Assembly: GCA_900319925.1 (NCBI GenBank)
Contig: ONQE01000009.1
Span: 1,807 to 65,806 of the forward strand
DNA from: an uncultured Bacteroidales bacterium
GTDB taxonomy: Bacteria; Bacteroidota; Bacteroidia; Bacteroidales; WCHB1-69
Reading direction: 5' to 3'
Length of the DNA stretch: 64,000 nt
The position numbers and the translations under genes were made by a program. How positions within the stretch are numbered: position 1 is the first letter of the stretch; every line of letters starts with the position of its first letter. The notes under the pieces were generated by a model that was given only the letters and a program-made list of their open reading frames with translations, did no database searches and had not been told where the DNA came from. Of this stretch, positions 1 to 10,179 are shown in pieces.

Positions 1-636
1 CAGGCCCTCGACCGTAAGCAGAAGCTGGAGGCGATGATGCACGCCAAGCCGGGCGAAGAGGCCAACTACACGCAGTTCGTGACCACCCGTTTCGGCAATG
101 TGCTGGGCAGCAACGGCAGCGTCATCCCCCTGTTCCGCGACCAGATCAAGCGTGGCGGCCCGGTGACGGTGACCGACGAGCGTATCGTGCGCTTCTTTAT
201 GCTGATTCCCGAAGCCTGCAAGCTCGTCTTGGAGGCCGGCACCAAGGGCAACGGCGGCGAGATCTTCGTCTTCGATATGGGTGAGCCGGTGCGCATCGCC
301 GACTTGGCCAAGAGGATGATCGCGATGTCGCACGCCAAGAACGTGGAGATCAAGTACACCGGTCTTCGCGAGGGCGAGAAGCTCTACGAGGAGGTGCTCA
401 ACGAGTTGGAGGGCACCAAGCCCACCTTCCACGAGAAGATTCGTATCGCCCAGGTGCGCGAGTACGACTACGACGAGGTGAGCCGCGACATCGACGAGCT
501 GGTGGAAATCAGCAAACAGTTCGACAATATGGCCACCGTGCGCAAGATGAAACAGATCGTGCCCGAGTACAAGAGCAACAACTCGGTGTATGAGGTGCTC
601 GATGCGGAGCGGGACGGGCAGACGGCTCCGAAATAG
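1..636 (+). CDS. CapD/WbpM-like polysaccharide biosynthesis NDP-sugar epimerase/dehydratase, C-terminal part (5' end lies outside the window)
   Basis: Frame 1 is open from nt 1. The segment FGNVLGSNGSVIPLFRDQIKRGGPVTVTDERIVRFFMLIPEACKLVLEAG is typical of CapD-type dehydratases. Confidence 0.75.
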   Translation, partial: QALDRKQKLEAMMHAKPGEEANYTQFVTTRFGNVLGSNGSVIPLFRDQIKRGGPVTVTDERIVRFFMLIPEACKLVLEAGTKGNGGEIFVFDMGEPVRIADLAKRMIAMSHAKNVEIKYTGLREGEKLYEEVLNELEGTKPTFHEKIRIAQVREYDYDEVSRDIDELVEISKQFDNMATVRKMKQIVPEYKSNNSVYEVLDAERDGQTAPK

Positions 637-692
637 CAAAAAGAAAAGGGACGTTCTTGTTTGAGACGCTCTGATTTGTAATTATGTGTAAA

Positions 693-727
693 GGGAAGGC
701 TGATGCATTTGCATCGGCCTTTCTTCG
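693..727 (+). terminator. Hairpin followed by a T-rich tract downstream of the capD-like gene
   Basis: Arms aaggctgatgca / tgcatcggcctt (one G-U position) are followed by tcttcgtattt. Confidence 0.5.
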
Positions 728-769
728 TATTTCCTATCGCACTGAAGGCGGGGAATCCGTAACTTTTAC

Positions 770-777
770 TATCTTTG
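770..777 (+). promoter_or_regulatory. Bacteroidetes-type -7 promoter box TAtcTTTG
   Basis: Matches the TAnnTTTG consensus and lies 21 nt upstream of the ATG at 798. Confidence 0.6.
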
Positions 778-797
778 CACACCATTTTCCGTAAGCG

Positions 798-3700
798 ATG
801 AAACGATTCTTTCTTATTAGTATCATATTGTGTGTAAGCGTGTTAACCTACGCACAACGGTTCACTTCCTTCTCGAATGACCCCACGAAGACGGTGGAGG
901 AGATGAAGGAGTTCTACGCTTCCGTGCCCAAAGACCGCCAGAAGGAGGCCAAGGAGATTCTCGAACAGTTCGAGTTGATGTGGACCACCCGCATGGATGC
1001 GGACAACCAGGAGGTCTTCATCACGGAGGCCAACAAGATGGTGAAGAAGAAACACCGTCCGATTCCGCACTTCCAGAGCTTTATCCGCACCTACGACATC
1101 TTCCTGCAGAGTCAGTACGCCGGCGAGGCCGAGACTTGGCAGAAGATTCTGGACTACCATATCTCGAAGAGTTCCACCTTTTTCCAGGAGAAGATGGAGC
1201 TTTATGCCCGTTTCTTCCAGGACAACATCATGAACCAGGGTGACAACGTGAAGTGGGTCGCGATGGGTTTCGCCGACCATCTGGGTTTCGACCAGGAGCC
1301 CTATTTCGACTTCAAGGACATCGACCTGTGGGGCTATTCGGCGAAGGACAGCCTGGTGGTGAGCAGTGTGAACGGTCGCTATTATCCTGACAAGCTGCAG
1401 TTCAAGGCCAATGGCGGCACCATATCCTGGGACCGTGCGGGTCTCGACCCCGGCGTGTATGCGGAGCTGAAGACCTACGACATCGACCTGCGTTTCCCGC
1501 GTGTGGTGGCCGACAATGCCCTCTTCCACTACCCGAAGCTTTTCGCGCAGCCGATGTTGGGCCGAGTGGAGGAGAAGGCCGTGCTGCCTACCTCCGAAGA
1601 GAAAGCCACCTACCCGCGATTCACCAGCTATGAGACCACCCTGCCGGTCAAGAACCTCTACAAGGATGTGGACTATATCGGCGGTTTTGCGATGCACGGT
1701 GCCTCGATTTTCGGCACCGGCCAGGGCGACACCCTTGCCAAGGTGACCATCTACAACGAGGGCCAGGTCATCATCACGGCCCAGTCGCGCAGCTTCCTCA
1801 TCCGTCCCGCCAACCTGCTGTCGGAGGATGCCAAAGTCTCCCTCTACATCGAGAACGACTCGATATACCATCCTGCCGCCAACTTCAAATACGACAACGA
1901 GAAGAAGAGCCTGCTCATCTCGCGTCCGAAGCAGGGCGTGGGCCGCTCCCCCTTCTTCGACTCCTACCACAAACTCGATATGTACGTAGAATCCATCCAA
2001 TGGGTGACCACCGAGAAGCGCATCGAGCTGAAGCCGATTGTGGGCAACACCAGCGACCAGGCGGCCTACTTCGAATCGCAGAACTACTACGAGGAGGGGG
2101 TGATGCACGAGATTGCCGGTTTCAACACCCAGAACCCGCTCTACACCCTCTGGCAGCTCTTCAACAGCGCCGGCTACGAGGATCTCACCATCGAGGATGT
2201 CATCCGCTGGTTCAACAAACCCCCGTTGGACATCAAGGCGATGATGATCGATTTCGCCGCCCGCGGCTTCATCGAGTACGACGTGAACAACAACCGCATC
2301 CACTACCGCAGCAAGATTGCGCAATATCTGAACAATCAGCTCAAAAAGAAAGACTACGACTACATCAAGCTGGAGTCGAAGACGCACTACGCTTCCCTCG
2401 ATTTGGTCACCAACGACCTGAAAATCACCGGCTGCGAGTTCTTCGTGCTCAGTGACCCGCAGATTGTCAACGTCTATCCGATGGACGAGCTGGTCACCGT
2501 CAAGAAGAACCGCAATATGGTCTTCTCCGGCCGCGTCATCGGCGGTCTGTTCGATTTCGTGACCCACAACTGCCAGTTCGACTACGACCGCTTCCTCGTG
2601 GATATGGACATCATCGACACGCTGATTATGTATGTGGAGGACAAGAACGGTCCGATGGATATGTACGGCGACTACAAGCTGCAGCGGGTGCGCAGCCAGA
2701 TCGAGGAGCTCTCCGGTGTGCTCTACGTCGATGTGCCGGGCAACAAGAGCGGTATCGTCGATTACCCCGACTATCCCATCTTCGAGGCGCGCAAGGGCGG
2801 CAAGGTCTTCTACGACCAGCCTTACGTGCTGGGCGGTGTATATGACCGCAATCGTTTCTACTACTCCGTGAACCAGTTCCGCATCGTCAACCTCGACAAC
2901 TTTGTCATCGACTCGATGAAGTTCACCGGTGCGTTGATCTCCGGCGGCATCTTCCCCGACATTGCCGAGCCGTTGAAGGTGCAGTCCGACTTCTCGTTGG
3001 GTTTCGTGCATAACACCACCGGGTTGCCGATGTACGGCACCAAAGGCGGCTATCAAGGTCGTATCAGCTTGAGTAACCGGGGTCTGCGCGGCAAGGGCAA
3101 TATCGACTACATCACCTCGCACACCTATTCCGACAGTCTGGTCTTCTACCTCGATTCCACGAACGGTGCGGCCAACCGCCATATCGTGGATGAGCAGCAA
3201 GCCGGCACGGAGTTCCCGCCCGCCTCTGTGGAGGAGGCCTACCTGCACTGGGAACCCTACGAGGATCAGATGTTCATCCACACGCTGCAGGAGCCGATGG
3301 ACATCTTCAAGGAGACGGAGCTCACTGGCAATTCGAAGATCACCCCCAACGGTATGTTCGGTACCGGCATCGTGAAGTTCAACCGTGCCGACATCTCCTC
3401 GCGGCTCTTCCAGTTCAAGCACCATGAGCTCTTGGCCGACACCGCAGACCTGCGAATCTACGATATCAGTGGCGGCAAGGATGTCGCCTTCTCCACCGAC
3501 AACTACAACTCCCATATCGACTTCAAGACCCGGAAAGGCCGTTTCTTGGCCAATGGTGAGGCCTCCGTGGTGTACTTTGTGCAGAACGAGGTCAAGGCCA
3601 AGTCGTCCGAGTTCGAGTGGGACCCGATCGACTCCACGATGCTGCGCTTCAAGTGGGACGACCCGTACAAGAACACCGACATCGACAATACGCCCATCAA

Positions 3701-5282
3701 GGAGTTGGTGGATATGCAGAGTGTCGGCAACGAGCTCTATGCGGTGGCACCCGAGGTCAACTACCAGTTCACGGCGGTGAATGCCGAGTTCGACTTCGCC
3801 AAGAACATCATCAACGCCCACGGGGTGCGTTACATCAATGTGGGTGACGCGGCCATCACACCGCTGCACGGCGACGTGACCATCCGCAAGCATGCGGCGA
3901 TGGATATCTTGGAGAAGGCGCGGATTCTGGCTGGGCGCGAGAACAAGTACCACGAGCTTTACAACTGCCACGCCCGCATCCAAAGCGCGACGCGGTTCTA
4001 CGCCAACGGCTACTACGACTACATCGATGCCGAGGAGCGTGTGCAGACCCTCTATTTCGACACCATCTATTTCATGAAGGAGACCTTCGGCGAGGCAAAA
4101 ATCCCGAAGGAGAAAGACTTCCACTTCAGCGACCAGTTCGCATTCGACGGGCGCGCCGAGCTGCACAGCACCAACCCCTTCCTCTCCTACTTCGGCGGGG
4201 TGGAGATCCTGCACGGCTGCGACACCCTCAAGCACGCCCGCATGAAGATCCTCCAACAGGTGGACCCCAACAACATTATGTTGCAGGTACACGATCGCAC
4301 CAAGGATATGGACGAGCGCAAGGTGGTGGTGGCCATCGCCTCCAGCAACAAGACCGGCCGAATCTATACGGCGTTCGGTGTCGCCAAGGATGAGTTCAAC
4401 GACGCGGAATACATCAATGTGTTCGGCTACATCACGTATGACAAGGAGACCCGTGAATTCAAGGCGGCCTCCAAGGAGAAGCTCATGGATCCGAGCGTCC
4501 CCGGCAACATCATCGTCCTGAACACCGACAACTGCGAAGCGACGGGTACGGGTACCATCGATATGGGCACGAAGCTCGGGCGCGTGGATTTCGTCACCAA
4601 CGGTACCATCGTCAACTATATGCTCGCCGACTCCGCTGAGATGCACATCACCACCTCCATCGATTTCTTCTTCAACGACAAGTCTATGGATCTGATGAAC
4701 AAGGCGTTGGAGAACGCGTCGTTGGATTTCGTGGATGTGTCGGGCGACGAGGCCTTCGACCAGGCGCTCTACAACATCCTCGGAAAAACGGAGTACGACC
4801 GCTATCAGCGCAGCACAGCCCTCGGTCAGAACCGTCGTCTGCCTGACGCGCTCCAGGTGCAGTTCCTCTTCTCCAACATCGATTTCGATTGGGACAAAGA
4901 TCACTCCACCTTCAAGTCGCAAACCGTTCTGCCGTTGATTGTGTGCGGTTCGAAGCAGGTCTATAAGACGGTGCCCGGCCGTATTGTCATCGAGAAACGC
5001 GGCTCGAGGAACCGCTTGTACCTCTACTTCGAGTTCGACGACCAGTTCTACTATTTCCAGTTCGACAACAACGCGGTGTCGGCTTTTTCTTCGAACAAGG
5101 CGTTCAACGATGCCATCACGAGCGTGAAGCCCAAGAACCGCTTCCAGGAGCCCGACAAGGCCAAGGGGCTGCCGTCGTTCACCTACAAGCTGGGTAACCG
5201 AAGCCTGAAGAACAAGTTCGTGAAGAACTATTTCACGGATATTGAGGAAGAAACGGAAACAGAATCGGAAACCGGGGAATAA
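798..5282 (+). CDS. Large secreted protein of unknown function (1494 aa)
   Basis: Uninterrupted ORF with a signal-peptide-like N-terminus (MKRFFLISIILCVSVLTYAQ), its own -7 box, and an acidic tail EEETETESETGE. I recognised no family by eye. Confidence 0.8.
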   Translation: MKRFFLISIILCVSVLTYAQRFTSFSNDPTKTVEEMKEFYASVPKDRQKEAKEILEQFELMWTTRMDADNQEVFITEANKMVKKKHRPIPHFQSFIRTYDIFLQSQYAGEAETWQKILDYHISKSSTFFQEKMELYARFFQDNIMNQGDNVKWVAMGFADHLGFDQEPYFDFKDIDLWGYSAKDSLVVSSVNGRYYPDKLQFKANGGTISWDRAGLDPGVYAELKTYDIDLRFPRVVADNALFHYPKLFAQPMLGRVEEKAVLPTSEEKATYPRFTSYETTLPVKNLYKDVDYIGGFAMHGASIFGTGQGDTLAKVTIYNEGQVIITAQSRSFLIRPANLLSEDAKVSLYIENDSIYHPAANFKYDNEKKSLLISRPKQGVGRSPFFDSYHKLDMYVESIQWVTTEKRIELKPIVGNTSDQAAYFESQNYYEEGVMHEIAGFNTQNPLYTLWQLFNSAGYEDLTIEDVIRWFNKPPLDIKAMMIDFAARGFIEYDVNNNRIHYRSKIAQYLNNQLKKKDYDYIKLESKTHYASLDLVTNDLKITGCEFFVLSDPQIVNVYPMDELVTVKKNRNMVFSGRVIGGLFDFVTHNCQFDYDRFLVDMDIIDTLIMYVEDKNGPMDMYGDYKLQRVRSQIEELSGVLYVDVPGNKSGIVDYPDYPIFEARKGGKVFYDQPYVLGGVYDRNRFYYSVNQFRIVNLDNFVIDSMKFTGALISGGIFPDIAEPLKVQSDFSLGFVHNTTGLPMYGTKGGYQGRISLSNRGLRGKGNIDYITSHTYSDSLVFYLDSTNGAANRHIVDEQQAGTEFPPASVEEAYLHWEPYEDQMFIHTLQEPMDIFKETELTGNSKITPNGMFGTGIVKFNRADISSRLFQFKHHELLADTADLRIYDISGGKDVAFSTDNYNSHIDFKTRKGRFLANGEASVVYFVQNEVKAKSSEFEWDPIDSTMLRFKWDDPYKNTDIDNTPIKELVDMQSVGNELYAVAPEVNYQFTAVNAEFDFAKNIINAHGVRYINVGDAAITPLHGDVTIRKHAAMDILEKARILAGRENKYHELYNCHARIQSATRFYANGYYDYIDAEERVQTLYFDTIYFMKETFGEAKIPKEKDFHFSDQFAFDGRAELHSTNPFLSYFGGVEILHGCDTLKHARMKILQQVDPNNIMLQVHDRTKDMDERKVVVAIASSNKTGRIYTAFGVAKDEFNDAEYINVFGYITYDKETREFKAASKEKLMDPSVPGNIIVLNTDNCEATGTGTIDMGTKLGRVDFVTNGTIVNYMLADSAEMHITTSIDFFFNDKSMDLMNKALENASLDFVDVSGDEAFDQALYNILGKTEYDRYQRSTALGQNRRLPDALQVQFLFSNIDFDWDKDHSTFKSQTVLPLIVCGSKQVYKTVPGRIVIEKRGSRNRLYLYFEFDDQFYYFQFDNNAVSAFSSNKAFNDAITSVKPKNRFQEPDKAKGLPSFTYKLGNRSLKNKFVKNYFTDIEEETETESETGE

Positions 5283-6301
5283 TGGAACGGATTTGGATAG
5301 CGGGGCCTTGCGCGGCGGAGAGCTGTGAGCAGCTGCTGGCGACGGCGGCGGAGCTGATGGAGCAGTCGGCACTTGCCGGTGTCCATCTGGACTATTTCCG
5401 TGCCGGCATCTGGAAAGTCCGCAGTGTTCCCGGCAGTTTCTGCGGCGCGGGGGAGGAGGCTTTCCCGTGGTTGCAGGAGGTGCAGCGGACGTACGGGGTG
5501 CCCGCCTGTGTGGAGGTGATGAGTGCCCGCCAGTTGGAGCTGTGCGCGTCGTACGGCATCCGGACCGTGTGGGTGGGGGCGCGGACGTGCGTGAACCCCA
5601 CGGAGGTGCAGCAGATCGCGGATGCGGTGCGAGGCTCGGACTTCACCGTGCTGGTCAAGAACCCGATGATCCCCGACCTGAGGCTTTGGGAGGGCAATAT
5701 CGAGCGCTTCCTGAAGGCCGGCATTCGGCAGGTGATGGCCGTGCACCGCGGCTTCACCGACGCGCAGGAGAACATCTACCGCAACGCCCCCGTCTGGCAG
5801 ATTCCCATCGACTTGAAGGTACATCTGCCCGAACTGCCCATCCTCTGCGATCCCTCGCACCTGTGCGGACAGGTACGCTGGATTCCGCAGGTGGCGCAGT
5901 TAGCCATGAACTACGGTTTTAACGGGCTGATGATTGAGTGCCACCACAACCCCGCGCAAGCACTCTCCGACGCGGAACAGCAGCTAACCCCCGCGCAGTG
6001 GGCGACGCTGGTCTCCGGTTTGGACTTGCGCGCGAACGCCGCGGATCTGGATCTGGTGAAACAACGCTCCTTCTTGGAAAATGTGGACAACCAGCTGAGC
6101 GAGCTGCTCTATCAGCGGATGGTGTTAGTGGACGAAATCGCCGAAATCAAGAAGGCGAAACACATCGCCGTGGTGCAACCCAAGCAATGGCAGGAGGTGG
6201 TCAAACGCTACCAGAAACATCGCGAAGACACCGCCTACCAGAAGTTCTTGGAGAAGTTTCTGGAACTGCTCCACCAATCCTCCATCGCCCGGCAGCATTG
6301 A
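5282..6301 (+). CDS. Bifunctional 3-deoxy-7-phosphoheptulonate (DAHP) synthase / chorismate mutase type II
   Basis: The N-terminal two thirds has IAGPCAAES, VKNP and LCDPSH motifs of the type I-beta DAHP/KDO8P synthase fold. The C-terminal helical segment (VDNQLSELLYQRMVLVDEIAEIKK) looks like chorismate mutase. The ATG overlaps the upstream stop as TAATG. Confidence 0.8.
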   Translation: MERIWIAGPCAAESCEQLLATAAELMEQSALAGVHLDYFRAGIWKVRSVPGSFCGAGEEAFPWLQEVQRTYGVPACVEVMSARQLELCASYGIRTVWVGARTCVNPTEVQQIADAVRGSDFTVLVKNPMIPDLRLWEGNIERFLKAGIRQVMAVHRGFTDAQENIYRNAPVWQIPIDLKVHLPELPILCDPSHLCGQVRWIPQVAQLAMNYGFNGLMIECHHNPAQALSDAEQQLTPAQWATLVSGLDLRANAADLDLVKQRSFLENVDNQLSELLYQRMVLVDEIAEIKKAKHIAVVQPKQWQEVVKRYQKHREDTAYQKFLEKFLELLHQSSIARQH

Positions 6302-6325
6302 TCCTGGACAACCGCAGCACCCCCA

Positions 6326-6346
6326 TTAACTCTTAACTCTTAACTC
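6326..6346. repeat. Heptamer tandem array TTAACTC x3
   Basis: Three exact copies lie between convergent genes. The TAA stop of the S41 peptidase (6340-6342, minus strand) lies inside the array. Confidence 0.85.
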
Positions 6347-7932
6347 TTCCCCAGCACCTCTTTCGCCTTCAAAATCACCTTATCCGTCTTGTTGATGACC
6401 GGATAGAAGGCCTCGTCGTCGTAAAGGTTGCGGCCGATGAGCGCCTTGAGCCAGACCTTCAGCTCCTTGGAGGAATTGGCGGTCATTTTCGAGACTTTCT
6501 TGTTGTTTTTCTCATAATATCGGACGAGTTGCTGCAGCATCTCGTCGGTGATCGTCATGCCTGCAACGTAAGATTTGGCGTCCGGGAACTGTTTTTTCAG
6601 GGCGGATTTGTGGTCGTTGGCGTAGTGGAAGGCGAACTGGATGAGCGCGGAGGAGTTGGCGATGTCATAGTAGGCATCCATATCCTCGCCGCGGTCGATG
6701 GGTACGAAATAGTCGGGCATGATGCCGCCGCCGCCATAGACGGGGCGTCCCTTCAGCGTGTGATAGACCTTTGAGGAGTCGAGGTGGATGCTGTCGGCGC
6801 TCTCCATCTCGCCGTTGAGCAGCCGGTTGTAGAGGTCTTCGTAGTAGGCGTCGGTGCCGTGGGCGTATTCGCGCTGGATGCAGCGGCCGCTGGGCGTGTG
6901 GTAGCGCGAGGTTGTCAGCCGGATGGACGACTGGTCGGAGAGGTCGAACTGCCGTTGTACCAGTCCTTTGCCGAACGAGCGGCGTCCCACGATGATGCCG
7001 CGGTCGTTGTCCTGCACAGCGCCCGCGACAATCTCGCTGGCCGAGGCGCTGAAGTCGTCGATCAGGATGACCACCTTGCCCTCCTCGAAGTCGCCGCGGC
7101 GAGAGGCGTAGATCACCTCCGGGCGCACTTTGGAACCCTCGATGGAGACGATTTCGCGGTTCTTGGGCAGGAACTCGTCGCACACGCTGACGGCCGCGTC
7201 GAGGAAACCGCCGGTGTTGGAGCGCAGATCGACGATCAGGGAGGTCATGCCCTGCTGCTTGAGCTTCAGGATGGCGTCGTTGAACTCCTTGGCCGTGGTG
7301 CTGCCGAACTCGTTGAGCTTGATGTAGCCGGTGTTGGCGTCCATCATATAGGCCACATCCACGGTGTAGGTCGGAATCACGCCGCGCGTGATCTCGTAGG
7401 TGTACTTGTCCTTGAACCCCGGACGCAGGATGCCGACCTTCACCTTTGTGCCCTTGTTGCCGCGCAACAGCTTGAAGGCCTGCTCGTTCTTAATGCCGAT
7501 GATGGACTTCCCATCCACCTCGATCATACGGTCGCCGGCCATCAGCCCGGCTTTCTCGGAGGGGCCTCCGGAGATGACCGACACCACCATCAGCGTGTCG
7601 TTCATAATGTTGAACTGGATGCCGATGCCCTCGAACGAGCCCTCCAAAGCCTCCATCGCCGCCTTGTTGTCCTCGGCGGTGGAGTAGGTGGAGTGCGGAT
7701 CCAATCCCTGCAGCATCGCGTTGATAGCCAACCCGTAAATCGAGTCCACATTGACGGAATCCACGTAGTACTTGTCGATGTATCCCATCACCTCGCTCAT
7801 CTTCTTGAGCTGGTCGTTGCCGCGCTTGCTCAACCGGTTCGGGTTGATGCGCAAGGCGAGGGAGAATCCGGCCAGGAAGGCGACCAGAATCCATAAAAAC
7901 ACGAGGCATCCGTTACGTCTGTTTTCGTTCAT
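6340..7932 (-). CDS. S41 family C-terminal processing (tail-specific) peptidase with PDZ domain
   Basis: Contains SASASEIVAGAVQDNDRGIIVGRRSFGKGLVQ (S41 catalytic Ser/Lys region), a PDZ-like segment GGPSEKAGLMAGDRMIEVDG and an N-terminal membrane anchor. Confidence 0.9.
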   Translation of the reverse strand: MNENRRNGCLVFLWILVAFLAGFSLALRINPNRLSKRGNDQLKKMSEVMGYIDKYYVDSVNVDSIYGLAINAMLQGLDPHSTYSTAEDNKAAMEALEGSFEGIGIQFNIMNDTLMVVSVISGGPSEKAGLMAGDRMIEVDGKSIIGIKNEQAFKLLRGNKGTKVKVGILRPGFKDKYTYEITRGVIPTYTVDVAYMMDANTGYIKLNEFGSTTAKEFNDAILKLKQQGMTSLIVDLRSNTGGFLDAAVSVCDEFLPKNREIVSIEGSKVRPEVIYASRRGDFEEGKVVILIDDFSASASEIVAGAVQDNDRGIIVGRRSFGKGLVQRQFDLSDQSSIRLTTSRYHTPSGRCIQREYAHGTDAYYEDLYNRLLNGEMESADSIHLDSSKVYHTLKGRPVYGGGGIMPDYFVPIDRGEDMDAYYDIANSSALIQFAFHYANDHKSALKKQFPDAKSYVAGMTITDEMLQQLVRYYEKNNKKVSKMTANSSKELKVWLKALIGRNLYDDEAFYPVINKTDKVILKAKEVLGKS

Positions 7933-7992
7933 CTTGACTTTGACTGTTGACTTAGAGGGTTGGTGACTGCAGGGGGCAGGGTGGGGGAGAGG

Positions 7993-10137
7993 CTATTCCA
8001 CGATGGTGAGCTCCTGCATCAGGTTCTGGGCGTTGGCCATCTTGTCGATGATGAAGAGCAGGTAGCGCATATCCATGCAGATGGTACGCTGCACCTGGTT
8101 CTCGAAGGAGATGTCGCCGCTCATGGCTTCCCAGTTGCCGTCGAAGGCCAGACCGATGAGGTTGCCGTTGGCATCGATGACCGGGCTGCCGGAGTTGCCG
8201 CCCGTGATGTCGTTGGTGGTGATGAAGTTCACGATCAGGTCGCCGTTCTTGTCGGCGTAGCGGCCGTAGTCGTGGTTCTCCCACAGCTTGATGAGCTCTT
8301 TCGGCACGTCGAACTCCCAGTCGCCGGGTTTGTACTTGGCCATCACACCGTCGAGGGTGGTGACGTAGCTGTAGGTCACGGCGTCGCGCGGCTCGCAGTC
8401 CTGCACGCTGCCGTAGGTGAGGCGCATCGTGAAGTTGGCGTCGGGATAGAAGTTGCGGTCTTGCTGCATCTCCATCAGCCCCTGCATATAGAGGCGTTCG
8501 GCGCGCTTGTCGTTCACGGTCTCGGCCTGCTCACTCAAATCCCAGTAGGTTTCCAAGATGTTGTACATCAGCGCGAAGATAGGATCTTTGGCTAAGGATT
8601 TGGGGTTGTCCAACCAGGCGTTCACCTTGTTCTCGTCCACGAAGATGGACTTGGCGAAGGCGTTATCGACAAAGGCGGTGAAGTCGCCGTTCGTCTTGTC
8701 GCCCACTTTCTTGAGGATGGACGGCAGTTGGGCGGGGTTCACATCCTTGTAGTAGAGGTTCAGCAGCGCGATGGTGACGTCGCGGTCGAGGGCTTTGTTG
8801 TAGTCTTTGAAGAAATCCTTCACGGAAGCCTTCATATTCTGGGCCATCTTCTTGATCTGCTCCGGGGTGGCGGCCTTCCGCTCGATGGCGGCGTTCAGCT
8901 GTCTGAACCGCAGGGCGAAGGTGACGGCCTCGCCGCCGCGCCAGCCGGCTTCGCGGTTGTAGATCAAGGCTTTGGTGTAGAGGTTCTGGTGGTTCCAGTA
9001 TTTGTCATACTCTTCGAAGATGCCGTCGTATTTGGCTTTGCGGCTCTTGTCGGCGTTCATCCATTTCCGGAAATCCTGTTCTTGGGCCAGCCGCTTCTCA
9101 TAGACCTTGTTCTGCTGCAGCTGCTTCACCTGGCCGATGTAGTATTTCCAGTAGTTGCTGACGCTGGCTTGTTTGGAGGCGTATTGGATGAAGACGGCGG
9201 GGTCGGCGTCCATGTGCTTGCGGTACTGCTCCAGCTTGGTGGTGCGGCAGGCGACGATGGCGGGGCCTTCCAGATCGATGACGTTCTTCACGGAACCGGA
9301 GGAGGAGTAGCGGTCGGTACTGCCGGGATAGCCGAGAATCATCGTGTAGTCGCCGGGTTGCACGCCTTTCAGGGAGACCGGCAGGTAGTGTTTCGACTTC
9401 ATCGGGACGTTGTCTTTGCTATAGGGGGCGGGGGAGCCGTCGGGGGCGGTATAGACGCGGAAGATGCAGAAGTCGCCCTTGTGGCGCGGCCAGGTCCAGT
9501 TGTCGGTGTCGGCGCCGTATTTGCCGATGCCCCACGGCGGGCAGGCCACGAGGCGCACGTCCTTGTACTCGTCATAGACGAACAGGATGTACTGGTTGCC
9601 GTGGTAGAAGGGCACAATCTCGACGCGCACGTCGCGTTTCCCCTTCTTCTCGATGCTCAGCTTCTTGCCGTTCTCCGCGATTTTCGCTTCACGGTCTTTC
9701 TCCGACATGTTGTCGGTCACGCCTTCCAGCACGGCTTTCGTCACATCCTCGATATAGGTGAGGAAGAGGACGGAGAGACCCTCGTTGGGGAGCTCCTGGT
9801 CTTTGCTGTAAGCCCAGAAGCCGTCCTGCAGGTAGTCGTGCTCCACGGAGGCGTGGGCCTGCACGTAGGAGAGGCCGCAGTGGTGGTTGGTGAGCAGCAG
9901 GCCTTCCGGGGAGATGAGCTCGCCGGTGCAGCCGCCACCGAACTGCACGATGGCGTCCTTGAGGCTGGGCTGGTTGAAACTGAAGATCTGCTCAGCCGTC
10001 AGTTTGCAGCCAAGTCGCTGCATATCAGCCAGATTCTGACCGTTGATGGAATAGGGCAGCCACATGCCCTCGTCGGCGCGGGCGCACAGGAAAAGCATCA
10101 TCAGCGCGATGCACAAGAGGTTGGTTTTCTTTGTCAT
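7993..10137 (-). CDS. S46 family dipeptidyl-peptidase (DPP7/DPP11 family), paralog 1
   Basis: Signal peptide followed by DEGMWLP, an His region TNHHCG, and catalytic GGNSGSPV near the C-terminus. Confidence 0.9.
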   Translation of the reverse strand: MTKKTNLLCIALMMLFLCARADEGMWLPYSINGQNLADMQRLGCKLTAEQIFSFNQPSLKDAIVQFGGGCTGELISPEGLLLTNHHCGLSYVQAHASVEHDYLQDGFWAYSKDQELPNEGLSVLFLTYIEDVTKAVLEGVTDNMSEKDREAKIAENGKKLSIEKKGKRDVRVEIVPFYHGNQYILFVYDEYKDVRLVACPPWGIGKYGADTDNWTWPRHKGDFCIFRVYTAPDGSPAPYSKDNVPMKSKHYLPVSLKGVQPGDYTMILGYPGSTDRYSSSGSVKNVIDLEGPAIVACRTTKLEQYRKHMDADPAVFIQYASKQASVSNYWKYYIGQVKQLQQNKVYEKRLAQEQDFRKWMNADKSRKAKYDGIFEEYDKYWNHQNLYTKALIYNREAGWRGGEAVTFALRFRQLNAAIERKAATPEQIKKMAQNMKASVKDFFKDYNKALDRDVTIALLNLYYKDVNPAQLPSILKKVGDKTNGDFTAFVDNAFAKSIFVDENKVNAWLDNPKSLAKDPIFALMYNILETYWDLSEQAETVNDKRAERLYMQGLMEMQQDRNFYPDANFTMRLTYGSVQDCEPRDAVTYSYVTTLDGVMAKYKPGDWEFDVPKELIKLWENHDYGRYADKNGDLIVNFITTNDITGGNSGSPVIDANGNLIGLAFDGNWEAMSGDISFENQVQRTICMDMRYLLFIIDKMANAQNLMQELTIVE

Positions 10138-10159
10138 AAGGCTCGTAATATTGAAGGCG

Positions 10160-10167
10160 CAAAGGTA
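10160..10167 (-). promoter_or_regulatory. -7 box TAccTTTG for S46 paralog 1
   Basis: The plus strand reads caaaggta, 23 nt upstream of the ATG at 10137. Confidence 0.55.
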
Positions 10168-10179
10168 GTAAAAATTCGT

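Noticed and set aside
5225-5281. GAAAC-rich periodic stretch at the end of the 1494-aa ORF.
   Set aside because: It simply encodes the acidic EEETETESETGE tail. It is in-frame low-complexity coding sequence, not a separate repeat element.
843-5372. A 1509-aa ORF antisense to the 1494-aa gene.
   Set aside because: It is a shadow ORF produced by the GC-rich, RNY-biased codon usage of the plus-strand gene. Its composition is Arg/Gly/Val/His-rich with low complexity. It has no promoter box or signal features, whereas the plus-strand ORF has both.
7934-7975. TTGACT-containing quasi-repeats between the S41 peptidase start and the S46 paralog 1 stop, considered as another heptamer array.
   Set aside because: The spacing alternates between 6 and 7 nt, and only three degenerate copies are visible. 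It is not convincingly periodic.
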